A DNA stretch of 63,648 nt, the filler included, from Octopus bimaculoides (taxonomy: Eukaryota), in NCBI RefSeq assembly GCF_001194135.2. It is 6 parts of 5 records of this genome, joined end to end, with 100 filler letters (N's around TTAATTAATTAA, not from the genome) between each part and the next. Parts side by side here need not be neighbours in the genome. Positions count along the whole stretch, not along the records: positions 22,068 to 37,643 come from NC_068981.1; 5 more parts are not named here. One strand, given 5' to 3'. Positions within the stretch are counted from its first letter, which is position 1. Each line of letters opens with the position of its first letter. This document shows positions 24,657-36,270 of the stretch, piece by piece. Position numbers and translations under genes: made by a program. A model generated the notes under the pieces. It saw only the letters and a program-made list of their open reading frames with translations. It made no database searches and was not told the origin of the DNA.

Positions 24657-25206
24657 AAAGACCGCGATTGCCCTGTTTATGTGTTTATGGCACAGCCAAT
24701 GAAATGACTCTGTTTCAGTCAAGGATGTGTCCAAGTGACTTTATGCTTTAGGCTCCTAATGGATCAAGGTGTTACTTGTCAGTTCAGAAAATAGCTGCAA
24801 AAGAAGAAAAACACTATTGCTCTTTTTCCAATACCAAAGTGTTCTGAGCTAGACCTCGTATGGCAGTCACTACCTACTCTGTCAGTAAAGTCACCGTAGA
24901 AATCGGGATTGTTTTGTCGCCTGTCGATCTAGAAAGAATGGTGCTTCTGAGACTCTCATACAATGAAAATAAAGATTCTTTCGTTGAGTGGAAAGTTGAT
25001 TTATAAACAGAGAACGCACTATGTAATACATGATTGTCTTCTTTGTTTATAAATTCGCAAAGAGCGGCAAACGGAGTTTAATAATTCGGTCACCCACACT
25101 GGGTGAGACAGCTCATCCAGTTTATCTAATTAAGTTCTTCCTGGTGGCAAAAACCTGCATCACACCTGTCTGCCTGTCTATCTCTGTTTGTCTGTCTGTC
25201 TGTCTC

Positions 25207-25298
<92 letters not shown>

Positions 25299-25470
25299 CA
25301 TCCGCAGACCATCCTGCCAATCATGTCTCTCAAAGACTCGAAATATCAAATATATTACCCATTAAGCTCCGTAACGACAAGTGCAGTTGGGTGTTCAGGT
25401 TTACTGGAACTTCTGTCATTCACAAGTTTCTCACATTCTAATAGTACTTACATAGATGTATCCGTTGTTT
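22950..25470 (-). mobile_element. decayed RTE-clade LINE (AP endonuclease + N-terminal reverse transcriptase), many stops and frameshifts
   Basis: Manual minus-strand translation in order: NVRNL..SKPEHPTALVVTEL (cf. NVRTL..RPERRTALVAREL); VGDRIIKLRLPL; YGDFTDRVGSD..FGIGK..KHKVTWTHP; WTDRYFVR (cf. WTDHRLVR); IPFEIIKH; LISLYKG..NCRNFRGISSLVTVGRTFTRL; VPE..QIQEK..VFVNQTNAFDTVN..LHTGM..GVQSG. Interrupted by SINE remnants, (CTA)n and (CT)n. Confidence 0.88.
24165..24345 (+). mobile_element. old S2-like SINE head inserted in the RTE
   Basis: gcaaccacgaggcttcaggttcgattgcattgcatggcatcttggggaaaatgtc..tatagcctt. Confidence 0.65.
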
Positions 25471-25599
25471 GATTACATATTCATTCACGTTGCTTTCACT
25501 GGAATGAATAGCCAGTAGCCACGATTTACTGACCGACTCGAGGAGCAGGCATTTTTTGAAGTCATTCTAATGTATAAAAAAATCCTCAGGCAGAGAAGG

Positions 25600-26450
25600 A
25601 CAGAATTTAAAGACTACTGTCAGACGAGGATATCATTTACGAGACTTACACGATGAGGAGAGGGTAATTCATGTCCAGACGACCCCGAGGAAACCTTAAG
25701 GTGCAGTGGAAGTAATTTTTAAATAAGCTAAAGTATCCCGAGTTTCTCGTCATGATCTGGTTCTTCTTTAATGAGAAAAATCACGTCCAGGTCCAGAAGA
25801 CGAACAGGAGGAACTACAATTGACTTTCTGCAAAACCCGTAGAGAAACTGCAGTCCAGATGGCTTTGGTGTGAGAAATAGGGGCTTCTCTCATAGTGTCG
25901 GGGGCCAGTGCCATCTCCTACATCGAGGTGTTAGATACAGAGGCTAAGCTTTCAATCGAGAGGGTGGCTTAAGGAACGTCGTACGTATTCTAGCACGATT
26001 CTGCTCCCTTCCATATGGATGTCGGCTATCATATAGCTTCCAATCTCTTCTAATCTGAACCTCTTGGACTATGTCTTGGACCTCGACGCGAAGGACACCT
26101 ACCGAAGGTCCTGCAATACCAAGGACTCGCTGAAAGCGACAGTTGTGAACGTTATCGGCAATATCAGTGAGCTGGCAGAAACGTTAGCACGCCGGGCGAA
26201 ATGCTTAGCGGTATTTCGTCTGTCTTTACATTCTGAGTTCAAATTCTGCCGAGGTCGACTTTGCCTTTCATGCTTTCGGGGTCAATAAATTAAGTACCAG
26301 TTGCGTAATGGGGTCGACCTAATCGACTTGCTCCCTTCCCAAAAAATTCGGGCTTTGTGCCTAGAGCAGAAAAGAATATCAGTGAAATCTATCGGCTGCT
26401 TCCCAGACTGCATCGGGATAGTCAATGTGTCTGAGGACAATTTTATTGAG
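25600..26450 (+). mobile_element. decayed Tc1/mariner transposase, DDxD type (maT/DD37D-like), split by an S1 SINE
   Basis: Plus-strand peptides: DEDIIYETYTMRRG*FMS; FLNKLKYPEFLVMIWFFFNEKN..QKTNRRN; YIEVLDTEAKLSIERVA*GTSYVF*HDSAPFH; SSNLNLLDYVL..SCNTKDSLKATVV; after the SINE, GCFPDCIGIVNVSEDNFIE. These follow the WFFSDEKNF / FQQDSAPAH / SPDLNPLDY / C-terminal GGFIE order. A possible right TIR remnant (caccct) lies near 26927. Confidence 0.85.
26167..26374 (+). mobile_element. S1 SINE with flanking direct repeat AATATCAGTGA (26160-26170 / 26375-26385)
   Basis: Young-looking S1 copy; 11-bp direct repeat at both ends, part of which overlaps the SINE's own gtga start. Confidence 0.92.
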
Positions 26451-26451
26451 A

Positions 26452-26676
26452 ACTTTTGTTTGTTTGTTTCTTTCTTTCTTCCTTCCTTTCTTTCTTCCCT
26501 TCCTTCTTTCTTTCTTTCTTTCTTTCTTCCCTTCCTTCTTCCTTCCTTTCTTTTCTTCATTTTTCCTTTTCTTTCCTTCTTCCTTCCTTTCTTTCCTTCT
26601 TCCTTCCTTTCTTTCTTTTCTTCTTTTTCCTTTTCTTTCCTTCTTCCTTCCTTTCTTTCTTTCCTTCTTCCTTTCC

Positions 26677-26735
<59 letters not shown>

Positions 26736-26832
26736 TCCTTCTTCCTTCCTTTCTTTCTTTCCTTCTTCCTTCCTTGCCTTTTCTTTCTTTTTTCTTTCTT
26801 TGTTTGTTTGTTTCTTTCTTTCTTCCTTTTCC
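26452..26832. repeat. (TTTC/TTCC)n tetranucleotide polypyrimidine tract
   Basis: Direct reading. Confidence 0.97.
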
Positions 26833-26961
26833 GTAAGATAAGTAGATGAAACATTTTTCTAAAAGCGTTTTTTTCCCCTTGTTAATATCTTTATTGTTTC
26901 GTTATGTTGATTATTTTGTTCTCAATCACCCTAGCATATTCTATATACGAATTTGTACGTT

Positions 26962-27586
<625 letters not shown>

Positions 27587-27951
27587 ATGAGTTCTTTATG
27601 TCAAAATAGATAAATAGAGATCAATAACATACTGGATTCGATACCACTGACTAAAACCCTCCGAGGCAGTGCCCCAGCTTGGCCGTCGTCCAAAGAGTGG
27701 AATTAGTAAAAGAATAAAAGAATAAGTGGAATGGATTGCCACATACAATCTGTGACCTATAAATAGGCTTCGTCTTCATTATGGCATCTGTTCACCATTA
27801 TCTCGCCTAACCATTGGCAAAGAGAATAGCGACAAAGAATAATTGAACCAATGATTCCATCGACAAAGTCAACCGTGAAGTCGGAAATTGAAGAATTTAG
27901 GACTGAACGGAACTATCAAGATAAGAAACCAGCGGCAAAATACACGAGCAC

Positions 27952-28012
<61 letters not shown>

Positions 28013-28134
28013 GACATATACAAGCATAAACATGCACACATATATACATCACAATACACAATAGGGTGTCTGTAGAAATAGTAGCTAAATCTCCCTTAAA
28101 TTACACCCGATTATATTTTTAAAAAATATGGGGC

Positions 28135-28300
28135 AGGCATGGCTGTGTGTTAAGAATATCGTTATGCAATTACGTGGCTTTGAGTTCAATTTCAGTGCAC
28201 CGCACCTTAGGCAACCTTCTTCTATTCTATCTCCGGGTTGACCAATCCCTTGAGAGTCAATCTGGTAGACGGAAAGTGTGTGGAAGCCCGTCGTATATAT
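28135..28300 (+). mobile_element. S2 SINE 5' half (decayed)
   Basis: ggcatggctgtgtgttaag...gagttcaatttcagtgcaccgcaccttagg...ggtagacggaaag...aagcccgtcgtata. Confidence 0.75.
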
Positions 28301-28396
28301 ATGTATGTTGTTGCTTGATCCTTCTCGAGCCGTGCTTGGCTCATAAGGGCAAGTTTCTCGGTTTCATTGGCGTATAGGTTCCCCACCTGGGCGGCA

Positions 28397-28969
28397 AAAT
28401 TTCTTTTCCCACGAGAGTTCTGGAACCCGGTTATGAACTCATTTGGATACAGTCAACCAGAGCTCAACTATCAAACTAGTGTCTACTTAGTCACGAAAAT
28501 ACTCTGGTTGAGTTCACTGGAAAATATGCATTGTCGCAAAATCTAACTGTTCTAAACGGGTTAATAGGGGTGACAAATGTGAAATTTAGTGTATAAAGTG
28601 AATGGGAAGCTGCTCACCGATGATGCCATAAGTGTTGCCAATTTGCGTAATTTACTGGAAAATGTAAATGAGTGTAGTTTCCTAATTTTTTGACTGATTT
28701 TGTCTATTCCTAATTTTAAATGTTGGTGTTTACCTGGAAGCATCGTAATCAATATGGCGTTGTGTTGTATTGCGCCCTCTTTGCATATATCAATGGGTAT
28801 GTGCAGTACCACTAATCTCAGTCTGAGCATAGGTACCTAAAGTTAGCTCCATATAGAGATGGTGCTCAATTGATCTATGAGGATGGTGGGGGAGAATGTG
28901 GTGGTGGTGGTGGTGGTGGGAGAATGAGTTCATTACTGGGGTCCAGAACTCCCGTGGGAAAAAAAATTT
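28397..28969. mobile_element. ~570-bp element bounded by 32-bp inverted repeats, nested in an older repeat
   Basis: 28397-28428 versus 28938-28969 are reverse complements at 29 of 32 positions. Flanks ccccacctgg and cggacgagatgccggtccgtc read like two halves of one interrupted repeat. Confidence 0.6.
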
Positions 28970-29224
28970 CACGGACGAGATGCCGGTCCGTCTCAGGTGA
29001 TATATATATATATATATATACATACATGCATACATTTATATCAATATTTATGTATGCATGAATACATAGCATACATGCATGCGTACATACATACATGCAT
29101 ATATGTGTGTGTGTGTGGGTGTGTATGTATTTCGCTTTTCCATCGCTTCACAACTGGTGTGGTTCATTTATGTCCCCGTAACTTAGCGGTTCGGCAAGCC
29201 TGCAGTCTATTGTAGGGTTTCCCA

Positions 29225-29368
29225 TTCACAGGTGAGTGGACTGGAGCAACATGAGGTGAAGTGTCTTGCTCAAGAACACAATACACCGCCACCACCGATC
29301 TAGGAATCGAAATCACGATTTTGAGATCGTGAGTGAAACACATTAACCTCTAGGCCAAACACCTTCAC
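29225..29368 (-). mobile_element. S6 tRNA-derived SINE head
   Basis: Reverse complement: ctagaggttaatgtgtttcactcacgatc...gtgatttcgattcc...gttcttgagcaagacacttc...tgctccagtccactca; relatives at 46845 and 57745. Confidence 0.7.
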
Positions 29369-29369
29369 A

Positions 29370-29466
<97 letters not shown>

Positions 29467-29752
29467 ATACTCAAAGCAATGGCATGCATATTCATGTCTA
29501 ATACATTCCTGCAGAAAGGAACGCTGATATGCTGATGAGATAAAACGTCGAATCAGCGGTGTTTCAGAATCCTTTGCACCAATGACTCGAGTGTGTTATG
29601 AACACATAGTCATGGTAAAAAGCTGTTCCTCTGTGACGTACACGACAGCGAATAGCGTATCTATGTTCAAATCTGCAGGAACGTATGAAGAATGAATATG
29701 CAAGTCATCGTTATAGATCTCGCTGTTGACAGTGCAAATAACCATTTACATA

Positions 29753-29935
29753 AGAGGGGTGCTTAAAAGTTCCTGGCTCTGCGTAAAAGAAAATACAAGA
29801 AGATCAGTTAATTAGGATTTTATTCAAAATACTCCCTTCTCAGATTCACACGCTTATTGCAGCGGTCCATTCTAAGACTTGTAGAAGAACTCGGAAGCGA
29901 TACTCTTAAAGCCAGGAACTTTTCAGCACCCCTCG
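29753..29935. mobile_element. mariner-type MITE, 183 bp, 26-bp TIRs, TA target duplication
   Basis: TA|agaggggtgcttaaaagttcctggct ... agccaggaacttttcagcacccctcg|TA; 2 mismatches in 26 bp. Confidence 0.9.
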
Positions 29936-31082
29936 TATATTATATTATACGTTGATACTAGGTGGACTGAGATTCCCATTGACAGGCCGCTGATATTAAA
30001 TAAAATGTTAAACACTTATGGTATGTAAATTAGTAGCTCTACTTCTCTGGACATAGGACTTGTTGTGTACATAAATAGATTGGCTAAATCTTTCTTTGGG
30101 ATTGGTCAAGTGAAGTAGACAACCTCTGATGAAATCCCAATAAGATTCGAAAATCAATGAACAGAGTACTTAAATTTATCCTATATATATGTCTACCACA
30201 AAGGTCTTCTCACGCACGCACACGTACACACATACACACACACACACACATATACACCTCCTCCTGGATGTACGACCGAGTTCCGTTCCGACTGACAGGT
30301 CGTAATTCGATCTGGTCGTATGTCGGATTTATATTTGTCAATACTATTTTCATTCAAACGGGTTATAAAAATATAAAACACAAAAATTCAACCCATAATT
30401 GTTGTACATAATGTGAAAAATACATATGTACTTTATTGTACCGCAAACAAAAATACAATCTTCTAAAATTAATCTAAACATTATTACAAAGAAAATTCCG
30501 CATACGTACAATTAAAAAATTGCTCCTGTGAAAAATGTGCGATAGAAAATAAACTTTTAAACTTCACAATCATGTTCTTGGGTTAAGGTAGATGGTTTTT
30601 CGTGGAACGTGTTGAGCTTTGTTTGAATAGCTTTTTCCTTTTTTTTTTTCATCATACAACTTACGATAACAACGCACAGCATCTTGAATGATACGTTTAA
30701 TTATTATGGTCGTAAGTTGCATAGATCGTATGTCGATGAGGTGTATATGTTGTATATGTGTATATGTCTGTCTGCGTCTGTCTCTGGGTGAACAGCATTT
30801 TGAAAAAAAAAAAAAAAAAAAAAGAGAAAAAGTGGTCCCTGTGTTTATGTCCCGTAACCTATCGGTTCGACATCAAATGATCGCTAACATAAACAGCAGA
30901 CATAAAAATAAACGCAGGTGTCGATATGATCGCCTGCAACTCTTTGAGGCGTTGCTTCGGTATGACCGTACTCCAGTGACTAGAAGACATCAGAGTGTCT
31001 ATGTTCAAGGTTTAACCGTGGTCCCAGTGGATACCTTTGATCCAAAATTAAACTGAAAAGAACACCAACTACTACTACTACA

Positions 31083-31145
<63 letters not shown>

Positions 31146-31879
31146 ATCAACTCCACCTCCACCGCCATCACCTCCGTCCCTGTGAAATAACAGCAGCTGC
31201 TGAAGCCATCTTATTTGCTAATTTGTTGCCACAGCGAAACATTATACACTCCCTCCCCACCCCCTGTCACAGAGGGTGAGTAGCTTAAATCCATTTAATG
31301 ACCACCACCACAGCAACAACCACAACCACAACCNNNNNNNNNNNNNNNNNNNNNNNNNNNNNNNNNNNNNNNNNNNNNNNNNNNNNNNNNNNNNNNNNNN
31401 NNNNNNNNNNNNNNNNNNNNNNNNNNNNNNNNNNNNNNNNNNNNNNNNNNNNNNNNNNNNNNNNNNNNNNNNNNNNNNNNNNNNNNNNNNNNNNNNNNNN
31501 NNNNNNNNNNNNNNNNNNNNNNNNNNNNNNNNNNNNNNNNNNNNNNNNNNNNNNNNNNNNNNNNNNNNNNNNNNNNNNNNNNNNNCCCATCATGTCTTTA
31601 AACTTAAGCATTCCTAAGCACACTTTACTTTCGCTTTACTAAGACCTTATGATGAGGTTTTACTACACTGGTGCTAAATAGAATCTATAAACGTCACGAC
31701 CATTTCCACCACCACCACAACCACCGCCGCCACCACCTCCATCACCACCATCACCACCATCACCACCACCACCACCACCACCACCACCTCCATCACCACC
31801 ACTACTATTACCACGTCGTCGCCATACTCTCTATGATCTAACTGCCGTTATATTATGACCACCAACCAAAATACTACTA

Positions 31880-31914
<35 letters not shown>

Positions 31915-32079
31915 ACTATACCCACCGCCATCGTCACCGCCTCTATCTTCTCAATCTCAGCAGTTGCACCAAAGATGACGGTAAAGTTATGATGATTAAT
32001 TGTCACCAGAGCGTCACTTCCGCTTTGCCTATGGCTTCACTGTCAAAACGAAATGCTGAAATTATTGCACCAAGCTCCC

Positions 32080-32127
<48 letters not shown>

Positions 32128-32306
32128 GTAACTATGTAACTATCTGTCTGGCTGTCTTTCTGTCTGTATGTATGTGTGTACGGATGAATTGATTTCTAAC
32201 TTTATTATGTCTCGTCTCGTATATCTGCCTCTTTTCCTTACTTTCTTCTTCCCTCTTCCCTCTTCCCCTCTCTCTTTCTGTATTAATGTATTTACATTCG
32301 TAGCTG

Positions 32307-32352
<46 letters not shown>

Positions 32353-32883
32353 CATTCATCTATGTGTGTGTGCGTGTGTATATGTGCATGTGTGTGTATG
32401 TGCATATGTGTATGTGTGTGTATGTTTCTGTGTGTGTGTGTGTGTGTATTTGTGTGTGTGTGTGTGTTTCTGTGTGAGTGTGTGTGTTCATTATTATCTG
32501 TTTATCTATCTATCCATAAATATCTAATTCCTGTCTGTGTGTCTACCTGTATGCATGTCTGCACGTCTATCAATTTGCGTCTTTTTGTTTATGTATACAT
32601 GTATCTGCAATCTCTTTCTTTCTCTCAGACACACAACACGCACACGCACGCACCTACACACACACACACACACACACACAAATTGAAGCTAATTTTCCTA
32701 ATGTAATGTTTCATTATTGAAAGCCAACCCTAACAAGGAAGTAATTGAATTAACTAATCTACCAACACCGAAATATTATTTCGCTAAAAGAGAGACCATC
32801 GTTTACGCAGTAATAGCCGCTGTCTATCTATCTATAGCCACCAATCAAATTCCACCTAAGTAATTTCAAAGACACAACAACAT

Positions 32884-33053
32884 AGGCGCAGGAGTGGCTG
32901 TGTAGTAAGTAGCTTGCTTACCAACCACATGGTTCTGGGTTCAGTCCCACTGCGTGGCACCTTGGGCAAGTGTCTTCTACTATAGCCTCGGGCCGACCAA
33001 AGCCTTGTGAGTGGATTTGGTAGACGGACACTGAAAGAAGCCCGTCGTATATA

Positions 33054-33124
<71 letters not shown>

Positions 33125-33510
33125 NNNNNNNNNNNNNNNNNNNNNNNNNNNNNNNNNNNNNNNNNNNNNNNNNNNNNNNNNNNNNNNNNNNNNNNNNNNN
33201 NNNNNNNNNNNNNNNNNNNNNNNNNNNNNNNNNNNNNNNNNNNNNNNNNNNNNNNNNNNNNNNNNNNNNNNNNNNNNNNNNNNNNNNNNNNNNNNNNNNN
33301 NNNNNNNNNNNNNNNNNNNNNNNNNNNNNNNNNNNNNNNNNNNNNNNNNNNNNNNNNNNNNNNNNNNNNNCACGTAACTTAGCGGTTCGGCAAAAGAGAC
33401 CGATAGAATAAGTACTAGGCTTACAAATAAGTCCTAGGGTCGATTTGCTCGACTAAAGGCGGTGCTCCAGCATGGCCGCAGTCTAATGACTGAAACAAAA
33501 GAGTAAAAGT
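32884..33510 (+). mobile_element. S2 tRNA-derived SINE, full length (gap in the internal microsatellite)
   Basis: Intact head ggcgcaggagtggctgtgtagtaagtagc...ggttcagtcccactgcgtggcacc and tail ...gcatggccgcagtctaatgactgaaac. Confidence 0.93.
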
Positions 33511-33808
33511 GTAACCCAAAACAAAAGATGCAACCAAGATAATGTAGTTTTAGTGTATATTTTTTTCTTACCTTAAACTGTTGGATTGGTAGTTAAAACA
33601 TCGGACAAAAATCCTGGCGGTGTTTAATTTTTTAAAAAGCTTTTTACGATCTGAGTTTAAATTGCAATCAGATGAGCTTTGGCTCTTGTGGTTTTGGAGT
33701 AGATGAAATAAAGTGCCAGTCAATTACCGGGAAAGGTTTACTCGGTTAAACTCCTCACTTCAAAATAACCGACTTTGTACATTTGTTAGAAACAATTAAA
33801 CATTAAAA

Positions 33809-33900
33809 CAGTGGTTCTCAACCATTTTCTTAAAACCCTATATGAGCCCTTTGATTGCGATTTTAAAAGCTAGTTTTATAGACCCTTCTTTCAAAATTCC
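33809..33900. mobile_element. possible hAT (Charlie-type) terminal fragment
   Basis: CAGTGGTTCTCAACC at 33809-33823 is the classic Charlie-type TIR start; no matching opposite end found. Confidence 0.4.
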
Positions 33901-33992
33901 CATTTTATTTTTCTCACGTTCATTTGTATAGGTTTGCAAAAGGCCTCACTGAGAGAAGGTGTTTCAGTTGCCGGAAACATGTTAAACTATTT

Positions 33993-34199
33993 CTTTTACT
34001 TGTTTTAGTCATTTGACTGCGGCCATGTTGGAACAGCACCTTTAGTCGAACAAATCGACCCCAGGACTTATTCTTTGTAAACTTAGTACTTATTCTATCG
34101 GTCACTTTTTGCCTAACTGCTATTGAAAGAAACGTAAACACACCAACATCAAGTGATGGTTTGGGTGGGGGACAAACACAGACACACACACACACACAG

Positions 34200-34200
<1 letters not shown>
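33993..34200 (-). mobile_element. S2 SINE 3' portion
   Basis: cttttacttgttttagtcatttgactgcggccatg; complementary to 33371-33510. Confidence 0.9.
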
Positions 34201-34248
<48 letters not shown>

Positions 34249-34624
34249 NNNNNNNNNNNNNNNNNNNNNNNNNNNNNNNNNNNNNNNNNNNNNNNNNNNN
34301 NNNNNNNNNNNNNNNNNNNNNNNNNNNNNNNNNNNNNNNNNNNNNNNNNNNNNNNNNNNNNNNNNNNNNNNNNNNNNNNNNNNNNNNNNNNNNNNNNNNN
34401 NNNNNNNNNNNNNNNNNNNNNNNNNNNNNNNNNNNNNNNNNNNNNNNNNNNNNNNNNNNNNNNNNNNNNNNNNNNNNNNNNNNNNNNNNNNNNNNNNNNN
34501 NNNNNNNNNNNNNNNNNNNNNNNNNNNNNNNNNNNNNNNNNNNNNNNNNNNNNNNNNNNNNNNNNNNNNNNNNNNNNNNNNNNNNNNNNNNNNNNNNNNN
34601 NNNNNNNNNNNNNNNNNNNNNNNN

Positions 34625-34922
34625 TAGGGCAGCAGACTCGCGGTCGTAGGATCGCGGTTTCGATTCCCAAACCGGGCGTTGTGAGTGTTTATTGAGCGAA
34701 AACACCTAAAAGCTCCACGCGGCTCCGGCAGGGGATGGTGGCGAACCCTGCTGTACTCTTCCACCACAACTTTCTCTCACTCTTACTTCCTGTTTCTGCT
34801 GTGCCTGTAATTCAAAGGGTCGGCTTTGTCACACTGTGTCACGCTGAATATCTCCGAGAACTACGTTGATCGGTTCAACTGGAACCCTCGACGTCGTAAG
34901 CGACGGAGTGCCAACAACAACG
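34625..34922 (+). mobile_element. S4 tRNA-derived SINE (5' in gap, internal deletion)
   Basis: tagggcagcagactcgcggtcgtaggatcgcggtttcgattcc...gacggagtgccaacaacaac; shares sequence with 37324 and 63432. Confidence 0.9.
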
Positions 34923-35157
34923 ACCTGCTTGATGATGAGCTATGTCTCATGCGGTCCGCTTCACGAAAAAAGATGTCTACGCCTGCTCTACTAGATATAG
35001 CAGTCAAAGCTCCTTCAAATTAGACTCTACTGCCGTGGACAATAGGAAAGACGTCCAACCAGCAAATTGTACTTTTGAATACATTACACTATACCGAAAA
35101 TGAATGAATAAATAAATAAATAAATAAATAAATAAACAAACAAATAAATAAATAATA

Positions 35158-35330
35158 CAGTTCTATATTTAAGAGATGAGGAATTATTTACATTATTTAC
35201 ATTTGACAGATGTTTGTCCTCATCTTGTTTGTTGTTAACACAACGTTTCGGCTGATATACCCTCCAGCCTTCGTCAGGTATCTTGGGGAAATTTCGAACC
35301 TGAGTTCTCATTCCTAACGATGTTACTATT
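35158..35330 (-). mobile_element. probable Penelope-like element terminal repeat carrying a hammerhead motif
   Basis: Same family as 45372-45485. No ORF present; the class is inferred from the minimal hammerhead layout, known from the terminal repeats of Penelope-like elements. Confidence 0.55.
35237..35282 (-). ncRNA. minimal type I hammerhead ribozyme motif
   Basis: Minus strand: gauac-CUGACGA-A-GGCUG(gagggUauau)CAGCC-GAAA-CG-UU-guguu. Both core halves are present, stem II is 5 bp, helix III is reduced to palindromic ACGU, stem I is 5 bp with G-U pairs. Confidence 0.55.
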
Positions 35331-36154
35331 ATATATATATATNNNNNNNNNNNNNNNNNNNNNNNNNNNNNNNNNNNNNNNNNNNNNNNNNNNNNNNNNN
35401 NNNNNNNNNNNNNNNNNNNNNNNNNNNNNNNNNNNNNNNNNNNNNNNNNNNNNNNNNNNNNNNNNNNNNNNNNNNNNNNNNNNNNNNNNNNNNNNNNNNN
35501 NNNNNNNNNNNNNNNNNNNNNNNNNNNNNNNNNNNNNNNNNNNNNNNNNNNNNNNNNNNNNNNNNNNNNNNNNNNNNNNNNNNNNNNNNNNNNNNNNNNN
35601 NNNNNNNNNNNNNNNNNNNNNNNNNNNNNNNNNNNNNNNNNNNNNNNNNNNNNNNNNNNNNNNNNNNNNNNNNNNNNNNNNNNNNNNNNNNNNNNNNNNN
35701 NNNNNNNNNNNNNNNNNNNNNNNNNNNNNNNNNNNNNNNNNNNNNNNNNNNNNNNNNNNNNNNNNNNNNNNNNNNNNNNNNNNNNNNNNNNNNNNNNNNN
35801 NNNNNNNNNNNNNNNNNNNNNNNNNNNNNNNNNNNNNNNNNNNNNNNNNNNNNNNNNNNNNNNNNNNNNNNNNNNNNNNNNNNNNNNNNNNNNNNNNNNN
35901 NNNNNNNNNNNNNNNNNNNNNNNNNNNNNNNNNNNNNNNNNNNNNNNNNNNNNNNNNNNNNNNNNNNNNNNNNNNNNNNNNNNNNNNNNNNNNNNNNNNN
36001 NNNNNNNNNNNNNNNNNNNNNNNNNNNNNNNNNNNNNNNNNNNNNNNNNNNNNNNNNNNNNNNNNNNNNNNNNNNNNNNNNNNNNNNNNNNNAGTAGAAG
36101 AATGGTGAGCAACGAGAGGAAAAAAGAAAAAGAGGAAATACGAGGGGGAAAAAA

Positions 36155-36270
36155 GAGATACGTAGTAGTAACAGAGGAAGAACAAGAGGGGTAAGGCGAG
36201 ATACGTAGTAGTACAGAGGAAGAACAAGAGGGGTAAGGCGAGATACGTAGTAGTACAGAGGAAGAACGAG
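36155..36270. repeat. 42-bp minisatellite, ~2.7 copies
   Basis: Unit gagatacgtagtagtacagaggaagaacaagaggggtaaggc. Confidence 0.9.

Noticed and set aside
29535-29575. CTGATGAG...GAAT hammerhead-like string
   Set aside because: GAAT instead of GAAA, no helix III or NUH; better explained as a simple gctgat/atcagc hairpin.
30124-30165. CTGATGA-aatc...gatt-CGAAA hammerhead-like string
   Set aside because: Extra C before GAAA, and no compatible helix III, cleavage triplet or stem I.
32884-32960. tRNA-like heads with A/B boxes (also 37324, 63432 and S1 copies)
   Set aside because: SINE heads: they continue into SINE bodies and lack a closed cloverleaf and acceptor stem.
36155-36270. 42-bp repeats considered as a CRISPR array
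   Set aside because: Directly tandem with no unique spacers, no cas genes, eukaryotic context.
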